Source: a virus. Taken from it: DNA of 64,000 bases. Position numbers and translations under genes: made by a program. Shown here piece after piece: positions 49,600 to 59,871 of the stretch. The stretch lies in IMG/VR virus record IMGVR_UViG_3300002026_000009, positions 1-64,000 of that record; one strand, 5' to 3'. The notes under the pieces were generated by a model that searched no databases, was not told the DNA's origin, and saw only the letters and a list, made by a program, of their open reading frames with translations. The stretch's first letter is position 1. The number at the start of each line of letters is the position of its first letter.

Positions 49600-51403
49600 A
49601 TATAAACGACTACGTTGGAGTAACTGCTTCTCCTACGGCGAAAATAATACGCTAGACTTCAATACTTCACAGATTCTACAACTTGTTGGTAGAAACGGGC
49701 ACGGTAAAAGCTCAATTGCCCTTATTTTAGAAGAAGTCTTATTTAATAAGAACTCAAAAGGCGTAAAAAAGCAGCATATTATCAATCGTAATTCTAAGGC
49801 TAAGAACTATAGCATTGGACTGGACTTTGCTAAAGACGGCGTAGAGTACACTATTGAAGTAACTCGTGGTAGTACCCAGACCGTTGTTCTGCTACGCAAT
49901 GGCGAAGATATTTCTAGCCATACAGCTACACAGACTTTCAAGGATATCGAGGCATTAATAGGGTATGACCATAAAACTTTCAGTCAGATTGTATACCAAA
50001 GCTCTACAGCTAGCCTTGAGTTCCTTACTGCTACAGACACTGCGCGTAAGAAGTTTCTTATTGACTTGCTTAATTTGGGTAGATACACAACTGCTCTTGA
50101 AGTCATCAAGGCTAAAGCACAGGTTGTATCAAAGGAGGTTACAGTTCAGGAGACTAAGCTAAAGCAGGCTCAGGGCTGGTTAGCCAAATATATTGGGCGC
50201 GACTTACAGAAAAAATCTTTAGTCGAAGTTCCGACTCTGCCTGATAGTCTATATGCCGAAAGTGCGCGACTTGAAAAATCCATTCAAAACGTGGGTTCGG
50301 AAACGGCAAAGATTGAAAAGAATCTGACATATAAAAAGCTATTAGACGGGGTAGAATTATATCCACTTCCCGAAGAAACTTTTTCTGCCGCTGATTTGAA
50401 AGCCTTAGAAACTGCAGAAATTGGCGTGGCTGCTGAAATTGCACAAATTGATAAACAGCTAAAGCAATTGGCTGCTACAAAAGACAGGTGCCCTACTTGT
50501 GGACAAAGTCTTGGGGTAGATACTAGTCATATTGCTAATGAGGTTGCTAAGCTAAATCAAGAACGTAAACTACTTGTAGCAACAAAACCGGAACTAGCCG
50601 ATAAAATAGCTAAACTTAAAGCGGCTAAAGCAGCCATTGATCGTTCTAATGAAGCACAAGAAAAATACGAAAAGTATCATCAGTTATACGACCCTAAGCT
50701 GCCGCAGGTAGTGCCAGATACAACTGCACTAACCGCTGAGCTTGCAGCTGTTAATGCTAGCATTAAAAAACATCAGCAAGAAATAAAAGCCGCACAGGAT
50801 GCTAATAAAGCAGCTGAAGTTCATAATGCTCAAGTAGATGGCATTCTAGAGCAGATTAGTGAGTTTGAACTTGAACGGGATGTTGCTACGCGCTCCCTTA
50901 CAGAGTTAGTAAAACTATCTAGTAGCTATGCAGTACTAACAAAAGCGTTTAGTACCACAGGACTAGTAGCATACAAAATCGAATGTCTTGTTAAAGACTT
51001 GGAGAAAATTACAAATGAATACTTGGCAGAAATGGCAGATGGACGATTCCAGCTCTCTTTCGAGATATCACAATCGGACAAGCTCAACGTGGTCATTACC
51101 GACAACGGAACAGATATCGACATTGCAGCTCTTAGCACAGGCGAGCGTGCCAGGGTTAACGTTGCTACTTTGCTGGCTATCCGCCGGTTAATGCAGAACC
51201 TTAGCAATACTCGTACTAATTTGCTTATCTTAGATGAAACAATAGAAAATCTCGATGCAGATGGTAAAGAACGTTTGATAGAGATTCTGTTGAATGAGCC
51301 AGATTTAAACACAGTTCTTATTTCTCATAGCTTTACACACCCACTTATTGATCGTGTTAGCATTGTTAAAGAACGTAATATGTCGAGGATTGATCGTGGT
51401 TGA
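49592..51403 (+). CDS. SbcC/Rad50-like ATPase
   Basis: Walker A GRNGHGKSS, a long coiled coil with a CPTCGQ zinc hook, signature LSTGE and Walker B LILDE. Confidence 0.8.
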   Translation: MIEYKRLRWSNCFSYGENNTLDFNTSQILQLVGRNGHGKSSIALILEEVLFNKNSKGVKKQHIINRNSKAKNYSIGLDFAKDGVEYTIEVTRGSTQTVVLLRNGEDISSHTATQTFKDIEALIGYDHKTFSQIVYQSSTASLEFLTATDTARKKFLIDLLNLGRYTTALEVIKAKAQVVSKEVTVQETKLKQAQGWLAKYIGRDLQKKSLVEVPTLPDSLYAESARLEKSIQNVGSETAKIEKNLTYKKLLDGVELYPLPEETFSAADLKALETAEIGVAAEIAQIDKQLKQLAATKDRCPTCGQSLGVDTSHIANEVAKLNQERKLLVATKPELADKIAKLKAAKAAIDRSNEAQEKYEKYHQLYDPKLPQVVPDTTALTAELAAVNASIKKHQQEIKAAQDANKAAEVHNAQVDGILEQISEFELERDVATRSLTELVKLSSSYAVLTKAFSTTGLVAYKIECLVKDLEKITNEYLAEMADGRFQLSFEISQSDKLNVVITDNGTDIDIAALSTGERARVNVATLLAIRRLMQNLSNTRTNLLILDETIENLDADGKERLIEILLNEPDLNTVLISHSFTHPLIDRVSIVKERNMSRIDRG

Positions 51404-51590
51404 GTATAAAACATAGTATGAATGGTATCGTACTCTACAAAGTCCAGTAATATTAGACCCAGATGGTTGGGATAGAGCTAACTTTAAATACTCTTTCCAT
51501 GAGGAAGAAATAACTAAAGAAGAGTATCTACACAGACATAGTAGGTCTACTACCTTAGTTTATCCAGTAGAGGCGGAAAATCATGGTTGA
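51396..51590 (+). CDS. hypothetical small protein, 1 in-frame TAG (51414)
   Basis: GTG 51396 is the only possible start. There is no start codon downstream of the TAG. The stop forms ATGGTTGA with the next gene. Confidence 0.45.
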
Positions 51591-52035
51591 CCCACGCGCC
51601 AAAGGCGCCAGGGCAGAAACTGTAATTAGAGATGCACTACGCAAACATACAGGGCTGCAGTGGGAACGAGTACCGGGAAGTGGTGCTCTTGACCCTAAGC
51701 ATAAGCTAAAAGGAGACATTTATGTTCCTAATGCAAATAACCTGTACTGCGTGGAGGCAAAACATTATGCTGAGGATCATCTTACAAGTGCTGTGCTAAC
51801 AAGTAAGAATCCTCAGCTAATGCAGTTCTGGGAACAAACAGTTCGTGAGAGTTAGCAGGTCGATAAAGAACCGTTATTAATCTTTAAGCATGATCGTAGT
51901 AAGCTGTTTGTAGGATTTAAAGATTTCCCAAGTGGTAACTATAATTATATGTTTATACATCACTCAACACATGAGTTCTATGTAGCCTTGTTAGATGATT
52001 GGCTACAACACGAAAGCATAAAATTTACAACTTAA
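51583..52035 (+). CDS. PD-(D/E)XK nuclease, putative Holliday-junction resolvase, 1 in-frame TAG (51853)
   Basis: GDIYV...VEAKH motif. ORF 51583..51855 continues in frame to the TAA at 52033. Confidence 0.6.
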
Positions 52036-52061
52036 TTAAGTATACCAAACAAAATTTTACC

Positions 52062-52090
52062 TTGACAGCGATTGTAAAAAATAGTATAAT
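52062..52090 (+). promoter_or_regulatory. promoter TTGACA-N17-TATAAT
   Basis: Consensus hexamers. Confidence 0.65.
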
Positions 52091-52111
52091 TGTTGCTTCT
52101 TGGGAGATTTT

Positions 52112-52810
52112 ATGCAAAAAATGGCAGGTATTTATAAGCTTTTATACAAAACTGGTCACTATTATATTGGTCAGAGCGTTAATTTAAGTAGTAGAAAATT
52201 AAATCACTATAAAATGTTAATGCTTAAAAAGCATCATAGCTATAAGATGCAGGAGCATTATGATACACACCAGGAGCTACCTGAATTCATAGTCGTTAAA
52301 TATTGCGATATCAATGATCTTAATGCTGAAGAATCATCCTTAATAAAGTTAGATGATCCATTATGCTTAAATGTAAAAGCCGGTGGAGACAATAATTACG
52401 GATATGAAGCTATAGGTGCTAAGTACCTAACAGCTGATATTGAAGTAGCATTTTTACTTTTGGTAAACAATCCTGGTATTTCACACAAAGAAGTTGCCGA
52501 TATCTCTGGTATAGATATTTCTACAGTACATGATATTAGTGCAGGTAGAAATAGAGTGTTCACGGAAATGAGTAAGATATATCCGGAACTATATGCGCAG
52601 TTGTTAAAACAAAAAGCCCCTAATACACGTGGCAAAACTACTATCATGCTGCAGCATGAAGATGGTAGACAAATTACCTTAATAAGTGGGCAATACTAGG
52701 ATTTTTGCAGAAACTATGGGGTTCAATCCTCTAACCTTTCCAAAGTTGTACAAGGTAAAAGAACATCTACAATGGGGTGGAAACTTATAAATAAATATGA
52801 AAACTTTTAA
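52112..52810 (+). CDS. GIY-YIG homing endonuclease, 1 in-frame TAG (52697)
   Basis: MAGIYKLLYKTGHYYIGQSVNLSSRKLNH... After the TAG comes the typical C-terminus ...GKRTSTMGWKLI. Confidence 0.7.
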
Positions 52811-53636
52811 TACATTCACAGAATCAAATAATACTACTGCTCTAGTAGTAGATAGCCTTAACTTATGCTTTAGATACCGAAATAAAAATGTAACAAGTTT
52901 TGTTGAAGACTATGTGCGTACAGTGGAAAGCCTTAAAAAATCATATAAGGCAGGAAAAGTAATTATACTAGCGGATTGGGGAAAATCCTCGTATAGAAAA
53001 AGTATATTTCCAGAATATAAAGGTAATAGGGAACTACTACGTGCAGAGCAAACACCTGAAGAAGAGCAGTTCTTTAAAGAATTTTTTGATGAATACTTAA
53101 GAGTTCTAGAGTATTATAAAACTAATACCAAATATCCGGTATTACGTTTTCAAGGGGTAGAAGCAGACGACTTGGCTGCTCATATTGTAAGTAATAGACG
53201 AAAATACGGCCTTGAAAAAATCTGGTTAATTTCTAGTGATAGAGACTATGATTTGCTATGCAATGAACAAACAAGTCGCTTTAGCTATGTAACACGCAAA
53301 GAAATAACCTTTGATAACTACAATGAACACTACGAGTGGACTCCAGAAGAGTACATTAGTATCAAGTGCCTACAAGGAGACCCAGGTGACAATGTACCAG
53401 GCGTACTTAAGATTGGCCCCAAGACGGCTTTCAAACTTGTAAGAGAGTACGGTACAGCACTAGATATTGCAGATGCCATTCCACTACCTGGTAAGTATGT
53501 GTATATTAAAAACCTCAACGACTTTGGTGCAGATGCACTGCGTCGTAATTATCAACTAATGGACTTGTTAGCATTTAGTGACGATGCTATTGGTCTAGAA
53601 AACCTAAAAGAAATAGAAAGTGTACTATGCGCGTAA
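52797..53636 (+). CDS. flap endonuclease / 5'-3' exonuclease
   Basis: GVEADDLAA and H3TH motif GDPGDNVPGVLKIGPKTA. Confidence 0.8.
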   Translation: MKTFNTFTESNNTTALVVDSLNLCFRYRNKNVTSFVEDYVRTVESLKKSYKAGKVIILADWGKSSYRKSIFPEYKGNRELLRAEQTPEEEQFFKEFFDEYLRVLEYYKTNTKYPVLRFQGVEADDLAAHIVSNRRKYGLEKIWLISSDRDYDLLCNEQTSRFSYVTRKEITFDNYNEHYEWTPEEYISIKCLQGDPGDNVPGVLKIGPKTAFKLVREYGTALDIADAIPLPGKYVYIKNLNDFGADALRRNYQLMDLLAFSDDAIGLENLKEIESVLCA

Positions 53637-54133
53637 TACAAAATGTATACAGCAATCAAAAAATGGAAGTAGATGACAAAGCACCAGTACAGCCAGGAGA
53701 ACCAGGATACATGCCAGCAATACAGTGCTTAAAGTTAGACCCTAAGGCGTTGTTGCCTACACGAGCTAACCCATTTGATGCCGGTGCCGACCTATACGCC
53801 GCTGAAAGTCTAGAGATTCTTCCAGGTGAGTCAGCTCTTGTAAGTACTGGCATTGCTATGAAGATTCCACGAGGCTACGCAGGCTTTGTAGATCCACGAA
53901 GCTCTATGCGTACAAAGGGCTTGACAACACATGGAACCGGTATTATTGATAGTGACTATCGTGGTGCACTAAAGGTATTTATTCATAACATGGGTGATGA
54001 TCGTTTTGTTATCCAACAAGGTATTACACGTATTGGTCAAATTACAATTGTTCCAGTTATGCTACCAGAATTTGTTGATACGTGGAATGATACCGATCGC
54101 GGTGTGGGTGGATTTGGAAGTACTGGCACATGA
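53627..54133 (+). CDS. dut: dUTPase
   Basis: Motifs AGADLYA, IDSDYRG and GGFGSTG. Confidence 0.85.
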   Translation: MRVIQNVYSNQKMEVDDKAPVQPGEPGYMPAIQCLKLDPKALLPTRANPFDAGADLYAAESLEILPGESALVSTGIAMKIPRGYAGFVDPRSSMRTKGLTTHGTGIIDSDYRGALKVFIHNMGDDRFVIQQGITRIGQITIVPVMLPEFVDTWNDTDRGVGGFGSTGT

Positions 54134-54357
54134 GCGTAGCTAAATCAATCCTAGATGCTGTGCGCGTAAGTCGCGAAGCTAGCGCTAATATGCTAGAGTA
54201 CTACTACGATGAAGGTGTTATTAGTGCTACAGATTTGTATGACTACAGCCGCACTCTGCGTGCTATAAATGATGACCTAGAGTTTAGATTGCAAAGTGTT
54301 TTTGGCGTGTGTGAATCGCGCTTACAAGTAAAGAAAGAGTCAAAGAATGGAAATTAA
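54130..54357 (+). CDS. hypothetical protein
   Basis: ATGA overlap. Confidence 0.55.
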   Translation: MSVAKSILDAVRVSREASANMLEYYYDEGVISATDLYDYSRTLRAINDDLEFRLQSVFGVCESRLQVKKESKNGN

Positions 54358-56320
54358 ACAACCGTCAACACGAGCGCAGGTTATTACACGCCGTACGTAT
54401 AATCGCCCTACAAACGATAGTGGCACAGAGTTTGAGTCCTGGCGCGATACAATTACACGAGTTATCGATCACCAGCAATGGCTGTGGGAGCGCGCTGCTA
54501 AACGCGAGTTGTTAGATGTAGAGTACGCTGAATTGTACGACCTTGAGCAGTTAATGCTAGATCGTAAGGTACTTCCTAGCGGTCGTACACTGTGGTTGGG
54601 CGGTACACCAGTTGCTAAACTTCGTGAAGCTAGCCAGTTTAACTGCTCATTTACGCACGTTGAAACAGTATATGACGTAGTAGACGTTCTATGGTTACTA
54701 CTGCAGGGCTGTGGTGTTGGGTTTAAACCAATTATTGGTACACTTAACGGCTTTAGCAAACCAATCAAGCGTATTGAAGTTGTCCGTAGTACACGCACTG
54801 AAAAGGGCGGAGACGAAAACAACCTAGAGACATTTGACCGCGAAACTAAAACCTGGACAATTCGTGTTGGTGATAGTGCAGAAGCGTGGGCTAAGTCTAT
54901 TGGTAAATTAATGGCTGGTAAGTATCCAGCAGATAAGTTGGTACTTGACTTTTCTCAACTGCGTCCAGCAGGTGAGCGATTAAAGGGTTATGGTTGGATT
55001 AGCAGCGGAGATAGTGCAATCTCTACAGCGTATGTAGCAATTGCTAACATCCTTAACGGTCGTGCCGATAGTCTATTAACCCGCATGGATATTTTGGATA
55101 TTGTTAACTGGCTTGGTACAATTCTTTCTAGCCGTCGTAGTGCAGAAATTGCCCTTTTCGATTACGGTCAGCCAGAGTGGGAAGAATTTGCAGTAGCTAA
55201 GAAAGACTGGTGGTTGCACGGTAATGCACATCGTCAACAGTCCAACAATTCGCTTGTATTCAAAGAAAAACCACTTCGCGAAGAACTGGCAGGAATTTTT
55301 GATCTAATGGTAAAAGCCGGTGGTAGTGAGCCGGGATTTATCAACGAAGTAGAAGCTCTACGTCGTGCTCCATGGTTCAAGGGCGCTAATCCTTGTGTAG
55401 AGATTTTGCTAGGTAATAAATCGTTCTGTAACCTAACAGAAACTGATATTGCTAAGTTTAAGGGTGATACAGCTGGATTGCATGAAGCTATTCGACTAGC
55501 TGCTCGTGCTAACTACCGTCAAACGTGTGTAAACTTGCAAGACGGTATTCTGCAAGAGTCTTGGCATCTTAATAACTATTTCTTGCGGCTATGTGGTGTA
55601 GGTATTACTGGTATTGCAATGCGTCCAGATATGAAGTCATATGACTACGAATATCTAAAGCGTACTGCGACTGCTGCTGCTGTTAGTATGGCTAATGAAC
55701 TAGGACTACCAAGCCCTAAGAACGTTACTTGCGTTAAGCCAAGTGGTACGTTGAGCAAGATCATGGATACAACTGAGGGTGGGCACAAGCCACTAGGCAA
55801 GTACATCTTCAACAATGTACAGTTTAGCAAGCATGACCCTATTGTTGAAGTTATGCGGGCTGCTAATTACCACGTATTTAATCATCCAACAGACGATAGC
55901 GGTGTACTTATTACACTACCAGTTGAGTGGCAAGGCGTACCGTTTGATATTGTAGATGGCAAAGAAGTTAACCTAGAGTCTGCTGTTAAGCAACTTGAGC
56001 GTTACAAGCTGCTGCAAACATCTTGGAATCAGCAAAATACTTCAGTAACTATTAGCTACGATCCTAGCGAAGTACCTGATATTATTGACTGGTTGTTAGA
56101 CAACTGGGACTGCTATGTTGGCGTTAGCTTTATTTATAGAGCCGACCCTACTAAGACGGCTAAAGACCTTGGTTATCTGTACCTACCACAAGAAGTAGTT
56201 GACGAGCAGACGTACCGTAACTATGTACAGGGGCTACTACCAGTTGATCTTGAAGCAGCTAATTCTTTTGATGAATTAACCGACGAAGGCTGTGCAACAG
56301 GTGCCTGCCCAGTTAAATAA
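54347..56320 (+). CDS. nrdJ: class II (B12-dependent) ribonucleotide reductase
   Basis: 657 aa, single chain. NPCVEILL...FCNLTE active-site region and a C-terminal Cys pair CATGAC. Confidence 0.7.
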   Translation: MEIKQPSTRAQVITRRTYNRPTNDSGTEFESWRDTITRVIDHQQWLWERAAKRELLDVEYAELYDLEQLMLDRKVLPSGRTLWLGGTPVAKLREASQFNCSFTHVETVYDVVDVLWLLLQGCGVGFKPIIGTLNGFSKPIKRIEVVRSTRTEKGGDENNLETFDRETKTWTIRVGDSAEAWAKSIGKLMAGKYPADKLVLDFSQLRPAGERLKGYGWISSGDSAISTAYVAIANILNGRADSLLTRMDILDIVNWLGTILSSRRSAEIALFDYGQPEWEEFAVAKKDWWLHGNAHRQQSNNSLVFKEKPLREELAGIFDLMVKAGGSEPGFINEVEALRRAPWFKGANPCVEILLGNKSFCNLTETDIAKFKGDTAGLHEAIRLAARANYRQTCVNLQDGILQESWHLNNYFLRLCGVGITGIAMRPDMKSYDYEYLKRTATAAAVSMANELGLPSPKNVTCVKPSGTLSKIMDTTEGGHKPLGKYIFNNVQFSKHDPIVEVMRAANYHVFNHPTDDSGVLITLPVEWQGVPFDIVDGKEVNLESAVKQLERYKLLQTSWNQQNTSVTISYDPSEVPDIIDWLLDNWDCYVGVSFIYRADPTKTAKDLGYLYLPQEVVDEQTYRNYVQGLLPVDLEAANSFDELTDEGCATGACPVK

Positions 56321-56330
56321 TAGGACTAAT

Positions 56331-56501
56331 ATGTATACATATAAAAGTGCAACACAACGAACAGTGTCAGTAGATAAAACTATGGACATTGATGCTACTA
56401 CAGGCGTTGTAGTAGAACAGCCACTAGAGTTACTAGATCAACTAGTACTTGAAGGGTTTTTAACTAGAACTCCACCACTACAAGGAAGTACCAATGATTA
56501 A
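56331..56501 (+). CDS. hypothetical small protein, paralogue of 56494..56700
   Basis: MYTYKSATQRTVSV aligns with MINYRSATGRTVPM. Confidence 0.5.
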   Translation: MYTYKSATQRTVSVDKTMDIDATTGVVVEQPLELLDQLVLEGFLTRTPPLQGSTND

Positions 56502-56700
56502 TTATCGTAGTGCCACAGGCCGAACAGTACCAATGGGACGTTATCAAGTCACTGCTAATCCAGGCGTAGACCTGGAAGTAGAAGATACAGAACTAGAAGC
56601 CCTTGTAGTTAGCGGCGTCTTAATCAAGGACGGAGGTGCTCCAGTGGAGGCCCCAAAATCCGTGGAAAACGCCACTCCTCCGACTGGCAAATCCAAGTAA
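56494..56700 (+). CDS. hypothetical small protein
   Basis: ORF track entry. Confidence 0.5.
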   Translation: MINYRSATGRTVPMGRYQVTANPGVDLEVEDTELEALVVSGVLIKDGGAPVEAPKSVENATPPTGKSK

Positions 56701-56711
56701 AGAAATAAAAA

Positions 56712-56748
56712 AGCCCCCTACAGCTTATGGCCGTAGGGGGCTTTTTCT
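56712..56748 (+). terminator. intrinsic terminator (10-bp stem) + T run
   Basis: AGCCCCCTAC...GTAGGGGGCT. Confidence 0.75.
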
Positions 56749-56776
56749 TTGTCGGTGTAGGAGTGAAAATTTAGAC

Positions 56777-56805
56777 TTGTGTCGTATTTTTATTTCTGCT
56801 ATAAT
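56777..56805 (+). promoter_or_regulatory. promoter TTGTGT-N17-TATAAT with AAATTTAGAC head
   Basis: Hexamers read directly. Confidence 0.5.
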
Positions 56806-56827
56806 AGTTTTTTAAATGGAGACTATT

Positions 56828-57727
56828 ATGGAAATAAATTCGGGAATATACATATTATACTTTGAATGCGACGATGGTATGTACTACGTAGGCAAATCAT
56901 CAAATATATCAGCTAGATACTATGAGCATTGTAGAAAACTAATGTACGGGTCACATATTAACAAAGCGCTTAGTCGTGGATATAATAAATATGGTGAAGT
57001 ACCTACATTATTTAGGTTAGAAGAAGTATAGGTAGAAAAGCAATCTGAAAGAGAAATTTATTGGATAGCTACATTAGATACGTATAAGAATGGAATGAAC
57101 GCTACTTTAGGTGGTGATGATCTAGGATATGGAGCAAATACTCCTAGTTCACTATATGAAGAAGATACATATATAAAAATACTGTAGGAATTGGCTAATA
57201 CAGATAAGTCTTTACGTGATATATAGATTGATTTAGATGTATCTTATTAGGTTGTTCAAAAAATATCTAATTTCTCAGAACATACCTGGTTAATAGAAAA
57301 GTATCCAGAACTAGCTGCTAAAGTTAAAGAAAAATGTGGTAATAGAAAAGGATATATTGCAGACTCCTAGGTATATGAAAATATTATGAGACTTAGAGCC
57401 TATACAGATATTTCAAACGTAGAGATAGCCGAAAAATGCGGAGTTAAATTATCTGTAGTACGCAATATTATATATGCACAAAATCATCTCTACTTAAGGG
57501 ATAAATTTCCTACTGAGTGGAACTTAATGTATGCGAAACGTGGTACTATACTAAAAGGTAAGAAAGATACTGAGGAATATCCTAATATCAAAGACAAGGA
57601 TGGTAATGTATATAAGATATAGGGTTCGTGCAAGGCATTTAGTGAAGCACATGGATTAGACTATACACATCTACATAAAGTACTAAGAGGTAAAGCTCTA
57701 AGTCATAGGGGCTGGACTCTTGCGTAA
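56828..57727 (+). CDS. GIY-YIG homing endonuclease, 6 in-frame TAG
   Basis: One frame of 300 codons reads SGIYILYFECDDGMYYVGKSSNISARYYEH...HRGWTLA, with six TAG and no TAA or TGA. The ORF track shows only two fragments. Confidence 0.65.
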
Positions 57728-57768
57728 TAAAAAAGCCGCCAAAGCTATTTAGCTTTGGCGGCTTTTTA
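57728..57768. terminator. bidirectional terminator (13-bp stem)
   Basis: AGCCGCCAAAGCT-ATTT-AGCTTTGGCGGCT flanked by A and T runs, between convergent genes. Confidence 0.8.
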
Positions 57769-57769
57769 C

Positions 57770-58495
57770 TTAATAATGACGGTAGGCTTTTAATACCTTT
57801 TTACATACACCGCTACGAATACAATCATCATCAGTAAATTGTATTACTTCTACTTCGTCTAGATGGCGAAGTTTACCAATGGCATCTTCTAACCCTGTGG
57901 CATCAATTCTATCACGTTGACCAACGTCACCATTAATCATCATTTTAGTATTATTACCAATACGTGTTAGCAACAGCTTCATTTGCATTGGCGTTGCCTA
58001 TTGCATCTCATCTGCCAATATAATGCAGTCTTTAAAGGACCTGCCGCGCATGAATGCTAGAGGGACTGGTTCGATTGTACCAATCTTAAGACAGTATTCA
58101 ACAAAACTCTTACCCAATAGTTCGTTTAAAGTCTCCATATATGGAACTAGATAGGGTAACATCTTGCCTTCAACAAGATCTCCTGGTAAGAATCCTAGCT
58201 CTTCGCCGCAAGCTTCTACAGCTGGGCGAGTAAGGATTATCTTATTTACTCGTCTATAATATAGTTGCTCTGCTGCATAGTGTGTACTAACATACGTTTT
58301 ACCAACCCCCGCATCACCTAGTGCGAATACAATATCCTTAGTATTTAGTGCATCTATATAATCTTGTTGACGATATGTCTGCGCTTCTAGTTTAGGAAAT
58401 TTCTGAGCCGGTTTGCGGTCTGCAGGAGATTGATAGCCCATATCTTGTACCATCTGTGTAGTACGACGAGCTTTTTTACCAGAGGAAGTAGCCAT
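57770..58495 (-). CDS. phoH: PhoH-like ATPase, 1 in-frame TAG (57998-58000)
   Basis: ORFs 57998..58495 and 57770..57988 are in frame. Walker A GDAGVGKT. ...ILADEMQ-TAG-ATPMQMKLLLTRIGNN matches the family pattern DEAQN..QMK..LTR.G. Confidence 0.8.
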
Positions 58496-58503
58496 GTGAT
58501 TCC

Positions 58504-59057
58504 TTAGTTATTTAAAAGAGGTACGTATTTATGTATACGTACATTTAGTACATCATGTACATGATGATTGTTAATATCCCTAGCACTGCGATTAGCATAT
58601 AGTACTTTACGGGATTTAACGTTATATAGTTCAACGTTGTTAAACCAATATCTGTGATTGCAAGAGGCGCTAAGGTTGCACGCTACGCGTGAACGCCGCA
58701 CATCACTAACACCTCCATTATACGCGCTATCTGCAAAAGCTAGCGGCTCGTGCGTGTCTAGGAATAATGAGTAATTGGCTCGACTCATTAGTATCATAGT
58801 GCGTATTTGAAGATCTGGACGACTATAGATAGTACTCCAGTTTAGCTCACCTAACTCTTGTGGCCAACGACGACGCGCATCTTGCAGCGAATCAAATCGT
58901 AGGCTTCCATCTTCTCGCCAGGCTCTTGTAAGCTGCCCAAGGCCCGCACCCTCTTCTTTTGAAGTTTTAAGCCGCGATTGTGGGTTCCAACATTTGGAGT
59001 GCTTAAGGTGCTGGCAGCTTTCATGTTCGATTAGACTGGCGAGATATGCTTTTTTGG
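58504..59057 (-). CDS. lytic transglycosylase (SLT) domain, reached by -1 shift at A_AAA_AAG
   Basis: This frame reads KKAYLASLIEHES...GLGQLT...AYNGG, and it has no start codon of its own before Met 58797. Confidence 0.6.
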
Positions 59058-59450
59058 TACGTTAGGCCAGTATGTGGCTACCTCACTGGCAAGTACTGGT
59101 AGGTGTATTTTAGCTTGTGCCGGAATATACGTCTTAACATCTTGAGCCCGCGCCGATGGACCAAATAATCCGTAGATAGCCATAACGAATAGGCACATGC
59201 CTAAGAAGGTAATAGCCTACCCAATAGACTACTTCTTGGCCTCGTCGTACAGGTCGCCCATATCTACATACGGGAAAAGTAGTTTACGCAGCCAATGTCC
59301 AGCTAGAACTACCAGGATTGGTGTAGTTAGGTAGATTAAGAATTCCTACGTAATTGCCCCGGCTGTAGGGTCTGTTACATATTTAACAACCAATAGTAGT
59401 AGTGTAACTACTAATAGGGATAGGTTACGTTTATTGAAGTAAGGTTTCAT
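59031..59450 (-). CDS. 3-TM membrane protein (holin-like), 3 in-frame TAG, zero-frame product
   Basis: MKPYFNKRNLSLLVVTLLLLVV... with TAGs at 59346, 59229 and 59217. Ends PKKHISPV-TAA. ATGA-coupled to the upstream ORF. Confidence 0.5.
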
Positions 59451-59617
59451 CTTCTGATTTGTCCTATTAGCTGATCTAGTACATTGTCTATACGATCTAG
59501 ACGTTTCTACATACTTTCAATATGCTACTCTAGATCACGAGCACGCTACTCTAAGTGCGCAATATGTTCTCGTGCATTTGGTGTTAAACCTAGTACACGT
59601 AGTATCCAATTTTTCAT
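59447..59617 (-). CDS. small coiled-coil protein, 3 in-frame TAG
   Basis: ATGA overlaps at both ends. MKNWILRVLGLTPNAREHIAHLE-TAG-RARDLE-TAG-HIESM-TAG-KRLDRIDNVLDQLIGQIRR. Confidence 0.5.
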
Positions 59618-59871
59618 TGTACTACATCCTTTACTGCTTCAATAAGCTTTTTATGGCGTAACCTGCACTCACCATACTGTTCAATGTACTGCAAGTCTTC
59701 GTGCAGCAGATCTTGTAGCGCTATAGGACTTAGAGTTTTTAACTCTGGGCATTGTAATAATAATTCCGCAGGCACATTTACACGTTTTAATACCTCTACA
59801 CGTTCAATAACTGGAGGATTGTGGTTGCAAGCCGCTAAGATTGGTAAAAGAAGAAAGATTAAGTATTTCAT
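59614..59871 (-). CDS. o-spanin (outer-membrane lipoprotein, Rz1-like)
   Basis: Lipobox LLPILAAC. ATGA overlap with the i-spanin gene. Confidence 0.7.
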   Translation of the reverse strand: MKYLIFLLLPILAACNHNPPVIERVEVLKRVNVPAELLLQCPELKTLSPIALQDLLHEDLQYIEQYGECRLRHKKLIEAVKDVVQ

